Positions 20,581 to 29,377 of a stretch of 64,000 nucleotides of DNA are shown in pieces. Below the pieces are notes generated by a model. It searched no databases and was not told the DNA's origin. It saw nothing but the letters and a program-made list of their open reading frames with translations. A program made the translations under genes and the position numbers. This DNA is from an uncultured Bacilli bacterium (GTDB taxonomy: Bacteria; Bacillota_I; Bacilli_A; RF39; UBA660). The number at the start of each line of letters is the position of its first letter. The first letter of the stretch is position 1. Where the stretch lies: the NCBI GenBank assembly GCA_905235065.1, contig CAJOJR010000001.1:33591-97590 (forward strand), read 5' to 3'.

Positions 20581-21486
20581 ATGATTAAAATAAGAAAAAA
20601 TTTAATTACTATATTATTAATTTTAATATTAGAAATATTTATCTTATTAAATCCAGACATTTTAATAAGATACTCAAAAGATGGTTTAAATTTATTTATA
20701 AATAAATTATTTATTTCCTTGTTCCCTTTTTTTGTATTAAATAAAATTTTAATTGATTATAATTTACCGTATTATATCTCTAAATTAAAAACCAATAGCA
20801 CTACTTTATCTATAATAATTCTTTCAATGCTAAGCGGAATGCCCTCTAATGCAGAATATATAAAAGATTATCTTGAAAATGAAATTATATCTTTAGAAGA
20901 AGCAGAAAAATTATTAATAGTAACATACTTTCCTAGTCCAGTTTTTGTAATAACTGTAGTTGGATATTTAGGCTTTAATAGTGTTTTCACTGGATTTATT
21001 TTGTTATTTATCATATATTTAACCAATTTGATATTATGGGCACTTATAAAAAATAATAAAAGACTTAAAAGTAATATTTTATATATTAAAAATAATGTAA
21101 ATTTTATTGTCTCATTTAAGAAAGCTATTAGTTCGTCATTAAATTCATTAATGATTATCCTCGGAAATATAATTATTTTTTCAATTTTAATAGGAATATT
21201 AAATAAGTTTTTAAATACTAATATATACTTTGAGTCAATACTAACAAGCTTATTAGAACTTTCAAACGGAATTAAAAAAATTAGTGTTATTGGCACTAAT
21301 TTCAATATTAAATTTTCTTTATGTTTGTTTGCATTAATATTCTCTGGACTTTCAATTCACTCTCAAGTATCAAGTATATTAAGTAATTATAATATTAATT
21401 TTTTAAAAATATTTTTATATAGATTAGTAACATCTATTTTTATTTCTTGCTTTTCGTATATCGTTTTGTATTTTCTAAATCCTTAA
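20581..21486 (+). CDS. YlbJ-like sporulation integral membrane protein (nucleoside-recognition/Gate domain family).
   Basis: It is polytopic, with ...LFISLFPFFVLNKILIDYNL... and ...SGMPSNAEY... blocks like YlbJ. It neighbours the ylbL homologue. Confidence 0.5.
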   Translation: MIKIRKNLITILLILILEIFILLNPDILIRYSKDGLNLFINKLFISLFPFFVLNKILIDYNLPYYISKLKTNSTTLSIIILSMLSGMPSNAEYIKDYLENEIISLEEAEKLLIVTYFPSPVFVITVVGYLGFNSVFTGFILLFIIYLTNLILWALIKNNKRLKSNILYIKNNVNFIVSFKKAISSSLNSLMIILGNIIIFSILIGILNKFLNTNIYFESILTSLLELSNGIKKISVIGTNFNIKFSLCLFALIFSGLSIHSQVSSILSNYNINFLKIFLYRLVTSIFISCFSYIVLYFLNP

Positions 21487-21799
21487 TATCATTGATACAT
21501 TTGATTCTTAGAAAGCCAAAATAATGTCTAATATTTTTTTCTTTTAGTTTTAAAACATCTTCTAGATTCATATTTCCCCAAGATATTCTTGTTTTATAAA
21601 GAATATCACTAAAAGGTATTAAGGATCTTTCAAAATACTTTTCTTCATAACCATAAGGTAATATTGGTTTAGATAAATCTAAATCTAATAATTCTTCTGT
21701 GTCATTATCTTTGTACAAAGCGTGAACATCTAGTTTATAGTCTCTTTTATCATAATACTCTACTAAACAAAAATATAAGTTATTAAAATTATATTTCAT
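21440..21799 (-). CDS. Hypothetical protein (119 aa).
   Basis: It is an ORF with no family recognisable by eye. It overlaps the 3' end of the ylbJ-like gene on the opposite strand by 47 nt. Confidence 0.35.
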   Translation of the reverse strand: MKYNFNNLYFCLVEYYDKRDYKLDVHALYKDNDTEELLDLDLSKPILPYGYEEKYFERSLIPFSDILYKTRISWGNMNLEDVLKLKEKNIRHYFGFLRIKCINDIKDLENTKRYTKSKK

Positions 21800-22008
21800 T
21801 AATTATACCTACTCATTTGTTTCATTAATTGATTTACTTGTTTTTGAGAAGGATTTCTTCCCATTCCTCTCATTAATGTTTTTATCATTTCTTCATTAAT
21901 TGGTGGATTCTTTTTTAGTTCTTTTTTAAATACAAATCTAGCTACAAAAAATCCAATTGCAAACCCTCCAATTAATCCAAATACTACATATAAAATATCC
22001 CACAACAT
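21799..22008 (-). CDS. yneF: UPF0154 family small membrane protein (YneF-like).
   Basis: It is 69 aa with an N-terminal TM followed by ...[34 protein letters not shown]..., which is diagnostic of YneF/UPF0154. Confidence 0.8.
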   Translation of the reverse strand: MLWDILYVVFGLIGGFAIGFFVARFVFKKELKKNPPINEEMIKTLMRGMGRNPSQKQVNQLMKQMSRYN

Positions 22009-22057
22009 AATTATCCCTCCATTTCAAAATTATTATAATAGATTAGTCATTAAAAGT

Positions 22058-22492
22058 CTAGGAATATATTTCTTTTTTAGATGTTATATCTTTTAAATAG
22101 AAATAATCTTCATTTTGAAAATCACATATAAACAAATTCTTTAAATTTCTTATTTCACTTAAAAATTTTGGATACAAAATATTTGTTTTTAATAATAAAT
22201 GTGAATAATTTATAGTTAATCTTGTGGTTTCGTTATTATAAAAATCATTTATAACATGATTATTTCTAAAGCAAGTATAACTATAATTATCCATATTTAA
22301 ATTTTTTATATGCAAATTAATATTTTTTTTATCAAAAAAATTACAAGTACGTTCAAATACTTTATATCCTATTTTTTTATCTTTCTTATCTAATAAATAT
22401 ATATTTTTAATGACTTCATAAAGCTTATCTGGATTATTTTTAGTAATCTTATAAATCCCATCTTTTATAGAAAAAATATAATAAAGTCTCAT
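22058..22492 (-). CDS. Hypothetical protein (144 aa).
   Basis: It is an ORF immediately downstream of pbpB in the position where mur and spoVD genes normally follow. No recognisable motif was found. Confidence 0.35.
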   Translation of the reverse strand: MRLYYIFSIKDGIYKITKNNPDKLYEVIKNIYLLDKKDKKIGYKVFERTCNFFDKKNINLHIKNLNMDNYSYTCFRNNHVINDFYNNETTRLTINYSHLLLKTNILYPKFLSEIRNLKNLFICDFQNEDYFYLKDITSKKEIYS

Positions 22493-22543
22493 TTTATCAC
22501 CTTTATTATATTTTAGAATATTTAATATTAAAAATATGTCGTT

Positions 22544-24697
22544 TTATGGATTCTTATTTTCTTTTTCTTCTTTTATTTCTTCTTCTATCTTTTTATATTT
22601 TGGTTCTAGAGTTATCTCAACAATATTTTTAGTATCAATTTTATCGCCAGATTTTATGCTTGTTTCAATTACATAACCATAATTACTAAATTTGGTTTTC
22701 ATATTTAATAGAGAAAAATATATTTCAGCATCTGACCTTGACCAAGATTTCATGTTTGGCATTATATAATTAACCCCATTCGTTAATAAGAATACCTTAT
22801 CATTTTGACTAACTGTTGATTTGTAATCAGGATATTGCTTAATTATTTTCTCACCAGCACCAATTACAATAACTTTAATTCCTTTACTTTCTAAAAACCC
22901 TTTTGATGCATCAACATCTTTATTTATGTAATTAGGCATTTTTATTTGATTGACATCCTCTTTTTTATCAGATTTTTCTATGCCTAAATATGTTCCAGTA
23001 TCTGTTACAAGACCTCTTATTGCTTTTGGAAGTGCAGATGCATTTTGAAGTTTACTTACAGCAGCATAAACAATTACTTGTGGGTCATCCTTAGGAAACA
23101 TTCCAGCAAAACTTCTTACATAATTTGTCCCACCAACTAAATATCCACCATATTTTGAAGCAATTTGAGCAGTACCAGTTTTTCCGATTACGTCAAACCC
23201 AGCCACATCATAACTCTTACCAGTAGACATTGTTGCTCTTCCGTCAACTACTCCACGCATTAATTCTCTAATGTTTTTAACATTTTCTTCAGATGCAACT
23301 TTACCTAACTCTTCTTTTTCACTTTCATAAATAACGTCACCATTTGAATCAACTATTTTAGAAATTATGTATGGCTTTAACATTGTACCATCATTTGCGA
23401 TTACAGTTAGAGCTCTAAGCATTTGTACTGCTGTTACGCTTATACCTTGTCCAAAAGAAGCAGCAGCAATTTCAGTATTATATTTAAAATTAACTACTCC
23501 ATATTGTTCATTCGGAAGTTCAATTCCAGTTTGCTTTCCATAACCTAATGATGTATAAAAATCAAATAATTTTTGTCTTCCCAGTTTTTGAGCAAGTTTA
23601 GTGGCTGCTACATTTGATGACCCCATAAATCCTTCATCAAATGTAATAGTTCCCCATCCATAATTATTCCAATCTTTAATTCTAGCATCATCTATTTGTA
23701 TAGTACCAGATTTATAAGTTTCTTTTCCATTATATACTCCATTTTCCATCGCAGCTAAGAAACTAAATATTTTCATAGTTGATCCTGGTTCATATGTATA
23801 TGATGCAAATGGATCATAATAAGATTTTATATTTTTAGTATTTGGATCAAAATTAGGATATGATGATACTCCTAAAATTTTACCAGTCTTGGCATCCATT
23901 ACACTTATGGTTGCCCATTCTGAACCAGCCTCTTCAATTATGGACATAGCTTGTTCAGCAAATAATTGAACATTTGTGTCAACTGTCAAATAAACGTCAC
24001 TACCTTTGACTGATTCTTCAAGTATTTCAGGAGTATTAGCTATTTTATAACCATACATATCTTGTTGATACTCTCTGTATCCATTTTTACCAGTTAATAT
24101 ATCATTATATTTTAATTCTATTCCCATTTCACCAGTAATTTCATTTGTTGCTTCATCCGTTTTAGCATAACCAATAGTATATGATAAAAAATTTGATTTT
24201 GGATAATATCTTTTAATACTTTTAGAAAAACCAATTCCCGGTAAATTTAAGGCATCAATTTGCTCTTTAACAAGTTCAGTTATTCCTCTTCCGCCTGGTC
24301 CTAATTCCACTTGATAAGCATCATAATTTAAAAGCGATAGTATTCTTTCTTCACTCATATTAATAAGTGGAGACAACATTTTAGCAGTGTATTCTTTGTC
24401 AACAACATGATAAGGATGTGACATATCTTCTGTCCTTGACGGACTTAAATAAGCAATTACTGTATAACTATTAACATCTTGCGCTAACACTTCTCCTGAT
24501 GCATCATATATTGTTCCTCTTGAAGCCAAGATGGTTTCTTTTTTAGTATTTCGATTATTTGCAAAAGTAGTAAGGTTTATACCGTCCACTTTTGGACTTA
24601 ATGCAACATAAAAAAGCTTTAAAACTATTAAAGCAAATAAAAACAAAACAATTATCACAAATGGTAAATTTATTCTAACTGTTCTTGTTTTTTTCAT
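22544..24697 (-). CDS. pbpB: Penicillin-binding protein 2B / FtsI-type division transpeptidase.
   Basis: It is 717 aa with a TM, SxxK (GSTMK), SxN (SSN) and KTGTA motifs and a C-terminal PASTA-like extension. It follows ftsL in the dcw head. Confidence 0.85.
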   Translation of the reverse strand: MKKTRTVRINLPFVIIVLFLFALIVLKLFYVALSPKVDGINLTTFANNRNTKKETILASRGTIYDASGEVLAQDVNSYTVIAYLSPSRTEDMSHPYHVVDKEYTAKMLSPLINMSEERILSLLNYDAYQVELGPGGRGITELVKEQIDALNLPGIGFSKSIKRYYPKSNFLSYTIGYAKTDEATNEITGEMGIELKYNDILTGKNGYREYQQDMYGYKIANTPEILEESVKGSDVYLTVDTNVQLFAEQAMSIIEEAGSEWATISVMDAKTGKILGVSSYPNFDPNTKNIKSYYDPFASYTYEPGSTMKIFSFLAAMENGVYNGKETYKSGTIQIDDARIKDWNNYGWGTITFDEGFMGSSNVAATKLAQKLGRQKLFDFYTSLGYGKQTGIELPNEQYGVVNFKYNTEIAAASFGQGISVTAVQMLRALTVIANDGTMLKPYIISKIVDSNGDVIYESEKEELGKVASEENVKNIRELMRGVVDGRATMSTGKSYDVAGFDVIGKTGTAQIASKYGGYLVGGTNYVRSFAGMFPKDDPQVIVYAAVSKLQNASALPKAIRGLVTDTGTYLGIEKSDKKEDVNQIKMPNYINKDVDASKGFLESKGIKVIVIGAGEKIIKQYPDYKSTVSQNDKVFLLTNGVNYIMPNMKSWSRSDAEIYFSLLNMKTKFSNYGYVIETSIKSGDKIDTKNIVEITLEPKYKKIEEEIKEEKENKNP

Positions 24698-24708
24698 AAT
24701 AAATACTC

Positions 24709-24996
24709 CTACTCTGATATAATTCTAATGTTACTATTATTATACTCTAAACCATAAGATGTTGCAACACTCTCAATTTTATCAAGACTAGATAACTCAT
24801 TTATTTTCATTGATAAACTTTCATTTAATTTTTCTTGTTTAGTTATTTTGCTTTTTACACTTTCTACTTCTATATTAGTTTTAGACAACATTGCAGAAGA
24901 AAAAGCAGGTCCTAATAAGTCACCTATAATTAATAAACCTATTACAAAATATAAAAATTTTTCACCTTTTAATAAGCATATCTTTTTCTTTTGCAT
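24709..24996 (-). CDS. ftsL: Cell division protein FtsL.
   Basis: It is a 95 aa bitopic coiled-coil protein located between rsmH and pbpB. Confidence 0.7.
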   Translation of the reverse strand: MQKKKICLLKGEKFLYFVIGLLIIGDLLGPAFSSAMLSKTNIEVESVKSKITKQEKLNESLSMKINELSSLDKIESVATSYGLEYNNSNIRIISE

Positions 24997-25010
24997 ATAT
25001 TATCCCTTCC

Positions 25011-25922
25011 TTATATTTTTTCTATTATTCGAAGTTTAGCACTTCTACTCCTATTATTAACACTCAATTCTTCTCCAGATGGTATTATTGGCTTTTTAGT
25101 AATTAATTTTGCCTTTGCTTTTAACTCTTCAGGTATATACGGAAGCCCCAAATCATTTGAATCTTTACATAAATTATTAAATACTCTTTTAACAATTTTA
25201 TCTTCTAATGAATGAAATGTTATTATGCACATTCTCCCACCAGGTTTCAATAAGTCAAAAGCATCTTTTATAGAACTTTCCAATATTTTTAATTCATTAT
25301 TAACTTCAATCCTTATTGCCTGAAATATTTTTCTTGCTGGATGTGATTTGTTCCTATAGCTTTCTGGAACACTATTTTTAATAATTTCAGCAAGCTCTAA
25401 AGTTGTATTTACAGGTCTAGCACTTATAATATTTTTGGCAATATTCTTTGAATATCTCTCTTCTCCATATATGAAAAATATATCAATAAGTTTTTCGATT
25501 GGATAATTGTTTACAACATCATAAGCTGTTAACTTAGCATCTTTATCCATTCTCATATCAAGAGGAGCATCATAGTGGTAACTAAAACCTCTTTCGGGTG
25601 TATCAAGCTGTGGACTACTTACTCCAAGATCAAACATTATACCGTCAACACTAACATCAATATAGTTTTTCATATCTTTAAAGTTTGATTTAATGATTTT
25701 AAAATTATTAGAAATCTTTGACAAACGATCAAGACTAAACTTAATTGCATCTTCATCTTGATCAAAGGCGAATAAGAACCCCTTCTCATTCAATAAACCT
25801 AATACCCCACTGGAGTGTCCTCCATAACCTAAAGTCGCATCAATATATTTTCCTTCAGGATTAATATTTAATCCTTCAAGTACCTCATTATACAAAACAC
25901 TTTTATGCATTTTCTTCACCAT
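25011..25922 (-). CDS. rsmH: 16S rRNA (cytosine1402-N4)-methyltransferase RsmH/MraW. The true start is probably at an internal Met (MVKKMHKSVLYNEV...).
   Basis: It carries the conserved HKSVLYNEVLEGL..., ...DATLGYGGHS... and ...FDLGVSSPQLD... blocks. Confidence 0.9.
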   Translation of the reverse strand: MVKKMHKSVLYNEVLEGLNINPEGKYIDATLGYGGHSSGVLGLLNEKGFLFAFDQDEDAIKFSLDRLSKISNNFKIIKSNFKDMKNYIDVSVDGIMFDLGVSSPQLDTPERGFSYHYDAPLDMRMDKDAKLTAYDVVNNYPIEKLIDIFFIYGEERYSKNIAKNIISARPVNTTLELAEIIKNSVPESYRNKSHPARKIFQAIRIEVNNELKILESSIKDAFDLLKPGGRMCIITFHSLEDKIVKRVFNNLCKDSNDLGLPYIPEELKAKAKLITKKPIIPSGEELSVNNRSRSAKLRIIEKI

Positions 25923-26340
25923 CAAATAAATGTTCTGATATCTCTGAGAATTCCTCCTCATTTGTAGTTAAGAAATCATCAAAAGATTCTTTAGCCCAAA
26001 TTTCTAGTCGTTCATTAACGCCAATTATTACACATTCATGATTCAAATTGGCGTAATGAACTAACGGTGAGGTAATACTGATTCGACCTTGTTTATCGAA
26101 TTCACAAACAGTAGCGCCGCTAAGAAAAAATCTCATAAAATTTCTAGCGTCTTTTTTGGTAAAAGGTAAAGATTTTAGTTTATTAATGATATTATTCCAC
26201 TCAGACATAGAATAAATAAATATACATTTATCTAATCCACGGGTGATAATGAATTGTTCACCTAATTCACTTCTAAACTTAGAAGGAATTATTAGTCTAC
26301 CCTTATCATCAATATTATGATGATATTCACCAATAAACAT
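25903..26340 (-). CDS. mraZ: Transcriptional regulator MraZ. The start is probably at MFIGEY, not the longer ORF-track start.
   Basis: It has MFIGEYHHNIDDKGRLIIPSKFR and a second ...DKQGRISI... repeat. The duplicated MraZ fold is characteristic. Confidence 0.9.
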   Translation of the reverse strand: MFIGEYHHNIDDKGRLIIPSKFRSELGEQFIITRGLDKCIFIYSMSEWNNIINKLKSLPFTKKDARNFMRFFLSGATVCEFDKQGRISITSPLVHYANLNHECVIIGVNERLEIWAKESFDDFLTTNEEEFSEISEHLFDGEENA

Positions 26341-26350
26341 TTCAATCCCC

Positions 26351-26380
26351 CACTTTCTACCACTTTCTACCACTGTCTAC
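26351..26380 (-). promoter_or_regulatory. MraZ operator: three direct repeats GTGGT-agaaa-GTGGT-agaaa-GTGGG at 10-bp periodicity immediately upstream of mraZ.
   Basis: The + strand reads cactttctac cactttctac cactgtctac. Read in the gene direction this is GTAGACAGTGGTAGAAAGTGGTAGAAAGTGGG. MraZ is known to bind arrays of GTG(G/T)-containing direct repeats in its own promoter region. Confidence 0.6.
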
Positions 26381-26400
26381 AATTATTTTATAACAACATA

Positions 26401-26448
26401 AAAAAAATGTAAATATTTTTTTTACATTTTTTAAAATATTTACATTTT
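26401..26448 (-). terminator. Rho-independent terminator after rpmF.
   Basis: The hairpin AAAATGTAAA-...-TTTACATTTT is followed by a T-run on the minus strand. Confidence 0.5.
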
Positions 26449-26457
26449 ATTTAAATA

Positions 26458-26691
26458 TTATTTTTTAGATTCTTTTTTATCTTCTACTTTTTCTTCTTTA
26501 CCTAAAACATCTTTTCCTTTGTAGTAACCGCAATTAGTACAAGCTCTATGAGGAGCAATAGGACTATTACAATTAGGACAAGTAGTAATAGTTGGTGCTT
26601 CTTTCTTTAAATGTGTTCTTCTTAATCTTTTTCTAGTCTTACTAATTCTTCTAGCTGGTAATGCACCAAATAATTGAATGTCTAATCTCAT
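26458..26691 (-). CDS. rpmF: 50S ribosomal protein L32 carrying an unusual 9-aa N-terminal extension (MRLDIQLFG) ahead of the canonical ALPARRISKTRKR... start.
   Basis: There is a strong RBS GGAGGA 7 nt before the ATG and no alternative in-frame start. The C-terminal part has the C-x2-C...C-x2-C zinc ribbon of L32. It follows yceD, which is the conserved arrangement. Confidence 0.85.
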   Translation of the reverse strand: MRLDIQLFGALPARRISKTRKRLRRTHLKKEAPTITTCPNCNSPIAPHRACTNCGYYKGKDVLGKEEKVEDKKESKK

Positions 26692-26693
26692 TT

Positions 26694-27236
26694 TTATTCC
26701 TCCATCTCTAATAGTTCTTTTAGATCACTTAACTTGTTACTTTTTAACTCTTCTTCACTAGTTAAGCACCATCCATCCCCTTCTGTTTTAATCTTAGCAT
26801 TATCTTTTACGACTCTACTTGGGATTTCCAAGACAATATTTTCCCACAAAATTGGTAAAATATCAAGTGTATTTGATATAATTTTATAATTTTTTTCAAA
26901 GTCATCACCAAAACCAACTTCTTCATCAATACTAATTTCAAAAGGATAATCTACATCCTCAAGTGATAAAGCACATGGCAAGACCATCGCTCCACTGACA
27001 GTTATATTTAAATTAAATACATCATCACTTAATTCTTTAATATTTCCTTTAACAGAAATTTTACTCAATTCTCTAATATCAGTATCCTTATAATATTCAT
27101 TTGGTATTGAAACAAATTCATTTATATCTATTGAACTATTTCTATTATTAATTAATGGTAATAAATCTATAATCATAACGTCAACTCCTATTAACATTAT
27201 ACTATATTTTAATATATCTTCAAGTATACTAAGCAC
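26694..27236 (-). CDS. yceD: YceD/DUF177 family protein (large-subunit ribosomal accumulation protein, upstream partner of rpmF).
   Basis: It is 180 aa, acidic, with Cys-containing C-terminal motifs. It has the conserved yceD-rpmF pairing. Confidence 0.7.
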   Translation of the reverse strand: MLSILEDILKYSIMLIGVDVMIIDLLPLINNRNSSIDINEFVSIPNEYYKDTDIRELSKISVKGNIKELSDDVFNLNITVSGAMVLPCALSLEDVDYPFEISIDEEVGFGDDFEKNYKIISNTLDILPILWENIVLEIPSRVVKDNAKIKTEGDGWCLTSEEELKSNKLSDLKELLEMEE

Positions 27237-27377
27237 AGTTAGTGATAACTTCAGAAGTGCTATTACTTCCTATGATGTTCAAATTATTCATTCTGAAAAC
27301 ACATAACAATGTAACTAATGCTATTATTATATAGAATGCTATAACTCCTTTATTGATTTTAATTGTTTTTAACATAA
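27229..27377 (-). CDS. Small (47 aa) single-pass membrane protein transcribed divergently from lexA. It is a candidate SOS-regulated factor.
   Basis: There is an ATG at 27375-27377 with RBS AGGAAG 8 nt upstream. The product is MLKTIKINKGVIAFYIIIALVTLLCVFRMNNLNIIGSNSTSEVITNCA, with one hydrophobic helix. A TTGACA/TAAATT promoter with 17-nt spacing contains a 12-bp palindrome in the spacer. Confidence 0.4.
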
Positions 27378-27399
27378 TATCACTTCCTTTTCTAAATAT

Positions 27400-27476
27400 A
27401 ATTTAACACAAACAAATATTTGTGTCAATAAAAATATAAACAATTGTTTGACATCTTTACACTTTAGTGTTAAGAT
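27400..27476. promoter_or_regulatory. Divergent promoter/operator region between the small ORF and lexA. The lexA promoter has -35 TTGACA (27448-27453) and -10 TAAGAT (27471-27476). The minus-strand promoter has -35 at 27423-27428 and -10 at 27400-27405. There are two palindromes, ACAAATATTTGT (27412-27423) and AAACAATTGTTT (27438-27449), the latter an AAC-N4-GTT LexA-box-like site overlapping the lexA -35.
   Basis: Hexamers and spacings were read directly. The Firmicutes LexA (Cheo) box consensus is CGAAC-N4-GTTCG. The second palindrome matches the AAC-N4-GTT core. Confidence 0.45.
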
Positions 27477-27499
27477 ATATTTAGAAGGTTGGTGATGAT

Positions 27500-28117
27500 A
27501 TGGAAAAATTGACAATTAAACAAGAAGAAGTTTTGACAGTTATAAAAAAATATATTGCTAAAAACGGATATGCTCCTACCGTAAGAGAAATATGCACGGA
27601 ATTAAATCTAAGTAGTCCTGCAACTGTATTTGTTCATTTAAAGCATTTAATTAACAAAGGATACTTATCTCAAACAAATTCCAAATTTAGAACTCTTGAA
27701 GTAAAAGTTCCTAATGAATATTTAGAAAAAAGTGATGATGTCGTAAGTATTCCCCTACTTGGCAAAGTTGCAGCAGGTAACCCAATAGAAGCTATTGAAC
27801 ACCCAGATGAATATCTTCCACTTCCAGCTTATATGATTCCAAAGAATAAAGAAGTATTTTCACTTCTTATTCAAGGCGAAAGTATGATTAATGTTGGAAT
27901 ATATAATGGAGATAATGTAATAGTTGAAAGAACTAATACTGCAAAAAATGGAGATTTGGTTGTTGCACTTAATGAAAATAATGAGGCAACATTAAAAACT
28001 TTTTATAAAGAAGATGGATATTTTAGATTACAACCTGAAAATGATACAATGGCCCCTATTATTTTAAAAGAAGTAACAATATTGGGTAAAGCAATTGGTC
28101 TTTATAGAAAATTATAA
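27500..28117 (+). CDS. lexA: LexA repressor (SOS regulon).
   Basis: It is 205 aa with an N-terminal winged HTH (…APTVREICTELNLSSPATVFVHL…). The C-terminal S24 peptidase domain has an Ala-Gly cleavage site (VAAGNP) and Ser/Lys dyad (GESM...K). Confidence 0.95.
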   Translation: MEKLTIKQEEVLTVIKKYIAKNGYAPTVREICTELNLSSPATVFVHLKHLINKGYLSQTNSKFRTLEVKVPNEYLEKSDDVVSIPLLGKVAAGNPIEAIEHPDEYLPLPAYMIPKNKEVFSLLIQGESMINVGIYNGDNVIVERTNTAKNGDLVVALNENNEATLKTFYKEDGYFRLQPENDTMAPIILKEVTILGKAIGLYRKL

Positions 28118-28131
28118 AAGAAGAAGAAAAT

Positions 28132-28161
28132 AAAAAAATGGTTTTAAACCATTTTTTATTT
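28132..28161. terminator. Bidirectional terminator between lexA and the rhomboid gene.
   Basis: The hairpin AAAAAATGGTTT-taa-AACCATTTTTT is flanked by A/T runs on both sides. Confidence 0.55.
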
Positions 28162-29313
28162 TATAAACAACATGTATGTCATAAACCCAATTAGCAAAGT
28201 TAAGACAATTACTATATTGAAATTTGGTTTTTGATCTTTACCATTAACACCAACTATAATTGATGTCATAATACCAGCAATTAGTCCTCCAATATGGGAA
28301 AACACATCTATTCCAGATATAAATATCCCTAAACACAAGTTAATAACCAATACAGGTATTATAGATCCTTTTAAAAAATTTCCTAATATTGCCCTATAAT
28401 TATAACTAAAATATGCAAGTGCTCCAAATAAACCAAATATTGCTCCAGATGCTCCAATACTTATTGTATTAGAAGTCATAAACACATTGGAAAACAAACT
28501 ACCGACTATTCCACTTATAAAATAAATTATTAAATATTTTTTTGGACCATAGTATCTTTCGACTTGATTACCAACAACATATAAAGCGTACATATTAAAA
28601 AATATATGAAATATATCAGCGTGTAAAAACATACTTGTTATAAGTCTATAAAGTCCCAAATATCCTTGTGCTTGAATCAATTTATAATTATTAGCACCAT
28701 AATAAGTAATTAATGTGTTTATTTCTGGTTTATATATTAATGAAAGTGCACAAACTAGATAAACCAAAACATTTATAATTATTAGTGTTTTAGTAACAAA
28801 AAGTTTTTTTTCCTTAAATACCCTATCCATCTTTTGCTCATCTCTAAATGTTTTTTCATTTAATTCATTTGTCAATTTTACAAATTCATTTAAATCCGAT
28901 TTTTTAGTATCTAATTTTTCTTTTATGCCAGGAAATATTTTGTTAATAAATTTATTCCTTTTTAAATCACCTATTTTATTTACTTTTAAAGTAAAAATAT
29001 TTTTATCATCAGTTACTTTTACATCATCATTCGCATCGATTAAAAGATTTAATACATTAGTTCTTAATGATAAAGTTTTTCTTCCAATATTTTTTCTAAT
29101 AACATTTGCTTTATATAAATCATTATCATATTGAATGTTATTATGTATATAATTTATATTTATTCTAATTAATTTTGGATCTTTATCAAAGTTCTCAAGC
29201 CATATCTCGTTTTGAACCCCTTTTAGTATAACTGGCTTATAATTTTCTTCAGTAACAAAGAAATGAAGAATTTTCATAACAATATCATCTTTTTTATTTA
29301 TTACTAGTTCCAT
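28156..29313 (-). CDS. Rhomboid family intramembrane serine protease with an extended N-terminal cytoplasmic domain (YqgP/GlpG-like).
   Basis: The C-terminal 6-TM core carries ...GASGAIFGLFGA... (catalytic Ser) and a His-containing TM6. Length is 385 aa. Confidence 0.8.
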   Translation of the reverse strand: MELVINKKDDIVMKILHFFVTEENYKPVILKGVQNEIWLENFDKDPKLIRININYIHNNIQYDNDLYKANVIRKNIGRKTLSLRTNVLNLLIDANDDVKVTDDKNIFTLKVNKIGDLKRNKFINKIFPGIKEKLDTKKSDLNEFVKLTNELNEKTFRDEQKMDRVFKEKKLFVTKTLIIINVLVYLVCALSLIYKPEINTLITYYGANNYKLIQAQGYLGLYRLITSMFLHADIFHIFFNMYALYVVGNQVERYYGPKKYLIIYFISGIVGSLFSNVFMTSNTISIGASGAIFGLFGALAYFSYNYRAILGNFLKGSIIPVLVINLCLGIFISGIDVFSHIGGLIAGIMTSIIVGVNGKDQKPNFNIVIVLTLLIGFMTYMLFIK

Positions 29314-29377
29314 TTAAATCTCTCTTTCTAAAAATCATTAATAATATTATATTATTTTTCATAGAATTAGTAAAGAG

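Noticed and set aside
25903-26373. An apparent 59-nt overlap of mraZ and rsmH, and a long mraZ N-terminus.
   Set aside because: This is an artefact of longest-ORF calling. Conserved N-termini (MFIGEY for MraZ; MHKSVLYNEV or MVKKM for RsmH) indicate internal starts. The longer MraZ start would run into its own operator repeats.
27406-27449. Calling the two palindromes canonical LexA (Cheo) boxes.
   Set aside because: Neither has the GAAC...GTTC arms. Only the AAC-N4-GTT core of the second matches. They are reported as candidates only.
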